NCBI GenBank assembly: GCA_049999805.1
Contig: JBNGIO010006264.1
Span: 52,834-96,084, forward strand
Direction of reading: 5' to 3'
Length of the DNA stretch: 43,251 bases
From: Folioceros fuciformis
Taxonomy: Eukaryota
Part shown: positions 34,581-43,251 of the stretch, in pieces
Layout: each line of letters starts with the position of its first letter
Position numbering within the stretch: the first letter of the stretch is position 1
Notes under the pieces: model-generated
What the model was told of the DNA's origin: nothing
Databases searched by the model: none
Seen by the model: the letters and a program-made list of their open reading frames with translations, nothing else
Made by a program: the position numbers and the translations under genes

Positions 34581-36359
34581 CTACTGCTGAGCCTTGCGAG
34601 CAGTGAACATGATGAAGCTCTCCCTAGTAATTTCTCTGTATTCTTGTAGCCCACAAAGCCTGCACAGATCAGCTAGTTCCGATTTCTCCCAGTAGTGTAG
34701 GGGGATATTGAAGCCGACCTGTCCGAACACCTGCAAACAACGACTTGGATGAAACAAAAAGGGTTTGGTGGGTGTGGGGCAACTCCAGAGTGCACATTCT
34801 GGAAAGGTTACCCCTGAGATTGCTTGGCGGACAGGTTTGAAAAAAAATTGTGGGATTGTGAAGGTAGAAGCCACGAAAACACCACCCGGACGCAGAACCC
34901 TGCTAATCTCAGCTACCTGGAAGTACGTGATGCAGTTTGTTAGAAAACGAAGCCCATAAGATGAAAGAACCCACCACGATAGTTCTCCATCAACCTCTTC
35001 GTACTACTTCCTGGTATAGAAGGACATGGAGTATCTGCTGGCAAATATGGGAGACGGCATGCACGTACCGCAGTGGAGGGTGATCCCCAGCAGTGTATCG
35101 CAGCACCTGCATGGATTGCATCAACGCTACCAGTTGCAAATGGAAGCCGGCCCACATCGGCACGAACCAAGACAATGTCTCTGCGCAGAGAGGAGATAGG
35201 ACCAGTTTCAGTGATCAAACTCACTAACAATTCGGCTATCAGGCTCAGCAAGACTTACGCATCAGCAAGTGAGCTGTCTTGCTTCATGAATTCGGAGGTT
35301 TGGCGCAGCATGTTCTCTGAATAGTCCAAGGCTATCACAGTTTTGTACAGCCCACTTTGAGCGAACCTCCGAGTGAAGAGACCGCTCCCACAACTGACAT
35401 CCACAAGAACTCCCCCAAGTGCGGGCTGGAGGTATTCCTGAGCCATTTTGAACTGCAACATGAACAATAAAGTCCTGAGTAGGGACTAGCAATTGCAACA
35501 GTCCTTTGGACCATAGCATCTCCAGTACATACCTCTTCGTCAGGCCCTGGAAAACCTGCTGATCGAAAATTCTGTCTCCACCCTCTTTCATAGACATATG
35601 ACACCACGGGGCTCCTGCAAATCACTCACCGGAAAGTCAGACATCAGATGTAGACTGCTTACGAACAAAACCATTCTCTCGGATGAAAGATTAGAAGAAG
35701 GCAACCTGAAAAGTTCAGTTGCTTGCCACAAGGTCTCCTTGTACTCCTTGGCTCCATTCACAACCGTGAGGTCCAAGAAAACGTCCCGTGTCGAATATGC
35801 TTTCCTACATCGTGAACACTGAAACCCTGATCTCACCAGGGCTTTCCTGCAGAGAAGGCATCACCATTAATGACATGTCCTCCGCTTCCCCATCAAAAAT
35901 GGGATGAGGTTTGAGCCGAAACTATGCTCACTGCTTGTTCCCAGAAGGGCCTCCACGAATGAGAGGCTGGAAGCAAATTGGGCAGGCAAGCAGCTCCTCC
36001 TCGGCAGGTTTTTCATTCTCCGCGCCTGGAAACCTCTGATGGATCAAAGTCACGACATCTCGTGAGAAGGTGGCTATCAAACTGAACCTACGGCGGAAGC
36101 AAGGAATTCTCGTGCACTTTTTTGTCCTGTGGAGAGCAATTAATTGGAGGCGTACAGGCTCGGAGTCAAGCACAACTGCCGCTGCTACAGCACCCGAACT
36201 AGCTCTCAGTCTTGCTGCGGAGTAATTGCGTTGCGCCTGATGGGCCCGTCGTAGTTGCAAGCCTCCTCGCCTGTTGCCTCGTTTGCATTCAGAACCTGCA
36301 GGGTCGAAGGAACTGCGGAGTAAGCCCTCCACAGCAGCTGGAGACGCGAGAGCTGCCAT
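34581..36359 (-). CDS. SAM-dependent methyltransferase, At2g41040/At1g78140-like (UbiE-related, probably plastid-targeted), about 8 exons
   Basis: Transit-like MAALASPAAV...; LACPICFQPL, FQCSRCRKAY, TELFR|SPVVSYVYERGWRQNF..GFPGPDEE|F, VDVSCGSGLFTRRF, ALDYSENML, RADVGRLPF, HAGAAIHCW, EISRVLRPGGVFVAST; short GT-AG introns. Confidence 0.92.
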
Positions 36360-37452
36360 CTTCGAAAGCAACCAAGCTTCGCAGATGCTTTTGTTTCTTG
36401 GGTTTGAATTCCAACCAGAGGAAACGCTCGCTGAGGTGACCAGGTTGCTGGATCCCGCTACACATGTGGCCGCTGACTGGCTGAGCCAGGGCGGCAAGCC
36501 GTAAAAATCAGGTGGCAGGTCTGGCCCCACCGATCCACTCGTGGAGCGGTGCCATGCTTGATGTATTACATCCCATGGCATGTGCATAGGTGCACGGTCA
36601 GCATTTGTACAGGGAACCGGAGAAATAGAGCAACACGGCGCCGCGGTGTAAGCAAATCAAGATTTGAAATCAGAATTTCAGTACCTAAGCCCTAGTTCTA
36701 CGACCCGCCGGCAGAAACAACCGGTAGCCGGTCAAGCCATGCACCCGGTGCATGTACGATGGTCACATACGGCATGCTTGCAAGCACACGAGTTAAGGAC
36801 AGTGTCAGTGGAGCCCAGACCTGGCCACCTGATTTATACAGCTAACCATGAAGCTTATAGCCTGCGAGCATGCTCTTATAGATGTCTGCACAAATTGCAT
36901 TCGGCGGGTTGGAATCGGGTTCCACCCTTGCTGCGTTGGATCTCGTTTTCCATAAGTAGCCTCCTGAAGAAGCTCCTTGTTCCAACCACGACTCGGATTT
37001 CAGCAGGCAGGGCTCTCCGGTCCCTCCGAGGCGGAGCATCCCGGAGCGGTTGGCTGCTTGGGCAACTGATGTCCCAGCTGGCTTTCACTTTGTCCAGACA
37101 AAATCTGTGCGAGCATGAAACTCTGGTAATCCACCTCAGAAACTTTAACGTTAAGCCATTGTGTGAGCTTGTGACAACCACCTCAAAGAGCAGCAACCAC
37201 AGAGGAATCACGCTGTGAGTCGCGATGGTGATGAGAATCCCGCCTACTCCATGGATCGTGAAATTCTCCACGTCTGCCCATGGTCGTCTGATTTCTGGCT
37301 CTACCTTGGAGCAGGCTCGGGGAACATGTGAGCAAGTAATCTGGGTTTGGGTAGAAATCAGATGGGCATCGTTACCGTGTTGTTCTCGGCAATGAGGGCT
37401 GAAAGGCGTGAGAAAGTGCGCAGCCATGGCTGCCTAGAAGCCGGCGCATTAT

Positions 37453-38263
37453 GTGTCGGCGAGCTGCCTCCGGGATGCTATACTCCCGTTGTTTCACGAC
37501 CTACAAGATCGGAGCAGCGGACTGCAAAGGACGGTGGCGAGGCGTTTACAACGAAGCAGAGGCTGCGGCCCTGTTGTTGCGGAGGGTGATGACGCCTCCT
37601 CAGCGCCTTCTTCTTCATCGAGATCCAGACCGGGAAGCATCTTTCGGACTAAGTACATAGCGGATTCTGCAAACCCTAAAGCTGGTAACCAGGCAGCCGG
37701 GCAGCTGGAGGAGCGGCTGGCTTCCGTCCGGCCTGCGCCATCCGCCCACCAAGTTCTGGAAAGGATAGCAGCTGGCATCCTCCAGGGAAAACTACTGTTG
37801 TGGCGGAGGTGGCTCGGCTTTCTCCTTCAGAATCTCCTGACAGCCATGCGCAGAGGTGTTCCAAGTATGTGGAATGGGGTAATCATGGCTGGCATGCTGC
37901 TGGACATTGTTTTTGAACTATTGTGAGATCCACGATGTAGGTTTGGAATCTGACGGGAGGACTTCATTTGGCTGGAAGGAGTTGACGTTCTTGCTGTACG
38001 CACTGACGACGAGAGATCACCGAACGGAATGGCAGATCTCAGAGCAGTTTGCCAAGGTTCGTGTCACCTGTGTCCCGCTTCCTCCAAATCATGTTTTGAG
38101 CCACGGCGTTATGAATGTGGACTGTTGTGTCATAGTCTATGGTTGTTGTGCAGCGGTGCAGGCTCCAGTCCTGAGGAAGGACTGGATCATTCATCCTCCC
38201 CGCTATGGCGCTAGGGCCTGCAAACCTCTACAGGATAAGACGGACTCTTCTGCCCGAGCCTAG
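37453..38263 (+). CDS. Hypothetical 3-exon gene, divergent from the methyltransferase
   Basis: ORFs 37453-37926 and 37907-38263 join in frame through a GTATGT...TGTAG intron (about 37865-37940); second candidate intron about 38057-38161; no domain recognised. Confidence 0.4.
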
Positions 38264-41200
38264 GTGTGTACTCCCTTACGAGTCAAAGGACCAAAAACGT
38301 TTTGCTCACTTTGTGTTCTAAGAAGAATAATTTAAGCATATACACCACATGGGTGTATATGCCATGTCTGAAAGCGAGGTCATCACTAGCATAGGAGTAC
38401 ACACATGCCATGTTCTAACATGCAATCAACTTTAGAAAGTTTCCGTCCTCTCATGGGTTACTAGTTGGGATCGCAAAATCGTCTTGGCCTACGTTAGGTT
38501 AGGTCATCACCAATTGTTCCGGTGGGGCTGGTTCTAGGACTTCAGGCCATAAGATTGCAAAGTGTAGCGAGCTGCAAGTGAGCTACCACGTTGTTCTGCT
38601 CGCACTCAAAATATATGAGGGAATGGCTTGGAACTCTGATAAAATCTTCGAAGTCCCACGCATCTAAATCAATTTTTAGGACAGCTATTTCAAAATTGAT
38701 GATCGTGTGGGAGGGCCTTGCAATGTCTTCGTCAGAGGAAAGAAGTGGAAAGCGATGGTGAACATGCATCCTACAAAAAGGTGTCGCCCTCCAAGAACTC
38801 GGATTCATTGAAGCAGGAGAAAAATCGCACCTGTGGTGCGAAGAGTCACCTGCCAGTCGCACCCACCACCACCACAGCTGTAGCTGTAGCTCATCCACCG
38901 CTTGCTTGGTACATATATGCTTGTCTTCCATGCAGGGCTCTGGCAACCTTACTCCTCCATCTGGCAATACTTGGCTTCCATACTGGTACGATGGTGCAAT
39001 CTCCCATGAACGGCTCTCCAAACGTGTGCCCTCTCCACTCTCATGACAAGCAGGCTGGCAAAGCAAGTCCCGCTGGCAGCGGGTCACACGGGTCCATGAG
39101 AGTCGCGATTCGCAGGTCTGTATACAGCCCGGCTGCCCAGCTGTGGGAGAAGCCTTAGGCCATATGGCCTCCAGCCATGCTGAACCGCAAACTGAAGGAA
39201 GCTGCTATAAACCAAAGTCGTTGTTCAGCTGCTTCTTCCACAAATAACATCTGTTAACGACTCCTGTAGGAGACAAATCGTTTTGAAGCCACACCGCCCG
39301 CCCCCGACCGTCGTCCCCGGACATGGACGCCGTTTGTGTTTCTTTCCCCCCAAAACGACAAACAAGTGACAACAGGGCGACTCGGGCAGGGTTCGGAGCG
39401 CCTCCCTCCAAGGTGACGGCACCAAAAACAGACCTACGCGCAATAACCACAGCCGCTGCAGAAACGGGATTCAAGCTCGACGTACGATGCAATTTTGTCG
39501 TAATCGAGGCCCCCGCCCGCGTCGGCGTCACGCTTCGTATCGTTCTCCGGTGTGCTGTGGCAGGCCGTCCTTGCAAGGTTCATAGGACCGTGACATGTGT
39601 GGCCATGGCAGAGCCTTGCGCACCCGTCACAACCTGCAGGCGTCTGACACACGGGTCTGCCATCGATTCTCGCAGCCTCGCCGTCAGCCACATCAACCGA
39701 CCTTCACGGACATGTGAGCTGCACGCACCGCACTACATAATCTAAATCTTTATCGATGTACGTATGTATGGATGCACAGGGCAGAAGTTCCCATACGCAA
39801 CCGATCTGGACAGAACACATCCAAGGCAAGCCAAAAACGGAGCACCTGCCTTATCGTCCTCACAGCTTCTCGCCTCCTGATACGCCGTCCGAGGCCACAA
39901 GTCCTCCCAAGTCAAGTAAACCCTTGCTCCTTCACCCTAAACCACAAGAAAACCCCCAAATGAATCCTTCCCCGCACCCTCCCTCCCTTCGTTCGTCAGC
40001 TGCGAACAGCTGGCTCGCCGCTCTCTGGCCGTAATCAAACGGTGCCCCACACATCCTGTAAGCCATCCGTCCCACGTCTTCCGCCGTCGTCGTCGCCGTC
40101 TGCCTCGCAAAGCATCGTCTGTTACAGCTTGCAGTAGCGGCACAGCTCGCAGAGGTGGCATCCGCCATACGCACCAGAACAAATCACCCCGTACACTGTC
40201 GCATATGCTGCCTGCGCCTCTCCCATCGGCGCACGGGGTCGCTATCGCTGGCCATGCAAAGCCGGGTTCGTGCACCGGAATGAAGAACCGGCTCTTTCTC
40301 CTCCAGTGTGACAGTGGCCGGAATAATATTAAACCCCTTTCCACATTTCCGATTCGTTCTCCGTGGCAAATTACAAATCCGTGATACCCTATAGTCTACG
40401 TACACGAGGCCCAGGCCCGTGTCTGCCAACTTGGGCCAGCCCTTTGCTTCCCGTCCAAGGGCACACTCGGGGGCGCTCCGACCAGGGGGGATGCATTCCT
40501 CACGGGAGGGCCCGGTCCTCACACGTGGGCATACTGGAGCGCGGCCTCCTCTCTGGCTCCCAATGCCTTCGATTCCCAGAAACCCCAGAAGCAGCCCACG
40601 CGGGCGGGTAGGTAACACTCACTGTGCAAATAGGCTGCTTGCTAGGCTACACACCTTTTGCATCCGCTGATTGCCTTCCATGTATAAAACTTTCTGCACA
40701 AAGGCAAAAGGCATGGCAAATGAGGCTGCTCAGTACGCCGTGGTGTAGGCCATCCGCTGGGGCCTTCGCCTCAGTGGACTGACGCCAGCAGCATTGAACA
40801 ATTAAATGTATGCATACGGTCTGTTGTCTTTCAAACATCAAAATCTTGCGGTCTGTTTTCGCAATCTAAAGAGCAGCTCGCTATGCGCCTGGACCTGGTA
40901 GGGTCGGACTCCCCAACCCCACCGTCCGGCATATTCCATCTCACAATCACAATCTCACAAACCAACAAACCAACAACCCGGTCCAGAACACAAAACTGCG
41001 CAGTCCGCCGCATACTGCGACTGGATATGTCGATACGCGGTGCACCGGCATGCTCTAATGCCCGGCGTCGAGTCCGGACTTTGCTCTGCCCTGTGTCGGC
41101 CTTTTCCGGTTTGGCGACGCGAATGCATCAGGACCGGGAACAACCGGGCAGTGAAGGTACGTTCTGAACATACTTGCAATCGCCGCATCCCCTCGTCTGA

Positions 41201-42096
41201 TGAGTTTCGAAAATGGAAATGGGATCACTCTCCCAATCACAGCTACGAGTTACTGCACTTCGGTACAATGGGATGCTGAGATACCAAAATTATATCAACG
41301 TACAGCAGTCCGTCGCACCAAGCTTACGGGTCAGCAGAGTGTATGGTTTGTTCGTGCTGGTTTCAACCAAACGTGCATGGTCTGTGTCGATCAACAGCAC
41401 GCTACGAGGAACCAACCCCGTAGTTGCAGAGGGGTGAAGAATGTTTGCCCTTTTCGTGATAAAAATTGGAATGGAAGTTACTAGGTGTGTAGTGGGAGTG
41501 TCGGGCAGCGGGTCGGGCAGCGGGACGGACATCGGCCCACCATTAACAGCAGTCCAAGAGCCCGGCTGGCATCCGGAACATCTGTGTCTAGACCTGAGGA
41601 AGGAACGAGACCGAGTCAAGGCAATCCCCGAGTGGGCCATTGCATTGTGTTCCATTCCATTCCATTTCGCAGAGCCGTGACGACGGTCTACATGCCTGTC
41701 TGTCGATTACCTGGCGCACGGCTTTTACTAGCCCGGAGCATGGCTGTCATATCGACTTTTTCCCTTTGATTCCAGTGCCGGGAAGTGACGTGTGACCCTG
41801 GATCAGCCCGCTTGTTCGCGAAATTGTGTCGGAGAGAAGGAAAGACGTTGTTTCAGTGGAGGAGTTCGGGGGCTCCTGATGCACTGCACACTCTGACAAG
41901 CTTCTGAAACCTCTGGTAATGCAAGACGTGTGAAATCTACGTACTGTGAAGAAAGAAAGTGGGAGCCGGCTGTGATGTGCCATTACAGACTCACAAACCA
42001 ACGATTTCGTCACATGTACATCATGCGCAATCACCCGGTAATGTCGCAGAGATGGAAGGACCGGGCCAGGTGCTACTCGCACCCCAGACCTCCTTG

Positions 42097-42105
42097 GCTA
42101 TTTAA
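42097..42105 (+). promoter_or_regulatory. Candidate TATA box of the extensin gene
   Basis: CTATTTAA followed by a pyrimidine-rich leader, upstream of a putative 5'-UTR intron. Confidence 0.4.
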
Positions 42106-42833
42106 CTCCCGCTGTCTCCCATACTTCCTCATCCTCAGCGCATCCTCTTTGGAGGGGAGTCGGAGCCGGGATTCAGCCGAGGGAGAGGGGGCTGCCGTCT
42201 CACCCACTTGGCGCGAGGGCGCCTGATCGCAGGCAAGTCATCTGCTGTAGGATTTCGAGTCTCTGCCTCACCGTCTGGGAGGAGAGTTGCTGTGTCCATG
42301 TGTGCGCTACAGTCGAGCCGTGAAATGCTCGCATTCTTGGGTTTGTCGTGAATTGCTGCCTCCTTGCGGGCACTTGAGTCGAGGTGAGACGGACTTGAAA
42401 TTGTCGATAGGTCGCAAGTCGACGATGGGTGATACTTTTTCTGTCCTGTGGGTCATGGGATTCCGGCGTATTCGATTACTCGTCACGTGTCTCAGAGGTT
42501 CAGGATGCTGGGCAGAACTGCACGATAGGTGTGAATTGTAGTGCCCACTGTGTCGCAGTGCGTTCTAACAGAACTGCATTGCGTCGTCGAGTGGAGATCT
42601 TGTCAGAAATGTGGTCTGCAGGAGTAGCAATGCTGGTTGAAGCCACGGTTTTCTGTACAGCAGTCCTGAATCGTGCTCTACCAGCCCGATAATGTGCATT
42701 GTGTCGTAGCAGCTGGCTTCGATGATTTGGCCCTGTACGTGCATCTCCATTGTTTCGGTTCATGTAGATTGATGGATCTTTGCTTTGTTCGTGCGTCTGT
42801 GACTGTGCAGAGGCTCATCCCCAGCAGGCGACG

Positions 42834-43251
42834 ATGGCATCGCTTACAATTCCGCTGCTGCTGCAGGGGCTGCTGTTGCTCCTGGTGGCGGGTGTTGGGT
42901 TCATCGACACTGCTGTTGCCGACGAGGAGAAGTGGGCCTCATACAATGAGCCTCCTCATCACAAATCTCCTCCATACCATAAGCCTCCTACTCATCACGG
43001 ATCCCCTCCGTATCACAAGCCTCCTTCTCACCACGGCTCCCCACCTCACCACAAGCCTCCTCACCATCCCAAGCCCCCTTCTCCTCCCAAGGTTTACCAT
43101 TATCAGTCACCCCCTCCTCCCAAGGAGCACCACCACAAATCTCCTTCTCCTCCCAAGAAACACCACCACAAGTCTCCTCCTCCCAAGGTTTACCATTATC
43201 ACTCACCCCCTCCTCCCAAGAAACACCACCACAAGTCTCCTCCTCCTCCTA
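42834..43251 (+). CDS. His-rich extensin / hydroxyproline-rich glycoprotein, 5' part; runs off the window and is absent from the ORF track
   Basis: Signal peptide MASLTIPLLLQGLLLLLVAGVGFIDTAVA, then SPPYHKPP and KVYHY(Q/H)SPPPPK(K/E)HHHKSPPP repeats with Ser-Pro4 and YxY motifs. Confidence 0.92.
   Translation, partial: MASLTIPLLLQGLLLLLVAGVGFIDTAVADEEKWASYNEPPHHKSPPYHKPPTHHGSPPYHKPPSHHGSPPHHKPPHHPKPPSPPKVYHYQSPPPPKEHHHKSPSPPKKHHHKSPPPKVYHYHSPPPPKKHHHKSPPPP

Noticed and set aside
36664-37427. Overlapping 184-aa (+) and 183-aa (-) ORFs upstream of the methyltransferase
   Set aside because: No domain similarity or splice support; compatible with chance ORFs in GC-rich DNA.
38500-42090. Dense overlapping ORFs on both strands
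   Set aside because: GC-rich, stop-poor intergenic or promoter DNA with no recognisable protein motifs or repeat boundaries.
42988-43206. Minus-strand W/E/G-rich ORF
   Set aside because: Antisense shadow of the plus-strand extensin repeats.

Overview
Plant nuclear scaffold (four N gaps), most likely from a seed-free lineage with U-to-C organellar editing, probably a hornwort (inferred from the GRP-ending DYW:KP genes and short introns). From left to right: three abutting minisatellite arrays; a tandem pair of minus-strand PLS-PPR-E-DYW:KP (GRP-type) genes, one broken and one intact, both with an OSB-like 'WWDNR...PDF' motif before the PPR array; a multi-exon neprosin-family gene with WGGQ in place of the catalytic WGGE; and an 18-kb three-level transposon nest. 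In the nest, a Mutator-like element (37-bp TIRs, 9-bp TSD) contains Ty1/copia element A, which contains Ty1/copia element B, and all LTRs, PBSs, PPTs and TSDs can be located. Removing B in silico restores an uninterrupted 254-aa antisense ORF in the 3' region of A. B has its own decayed antisense gene and a foldback/telomere-repeat scar in RT. The right end holds an At2g41040-like methyltransferase gene, a possible orphan gene and the 5' end of a His-rich extensin. All calls were made by eye; no database searches were run.
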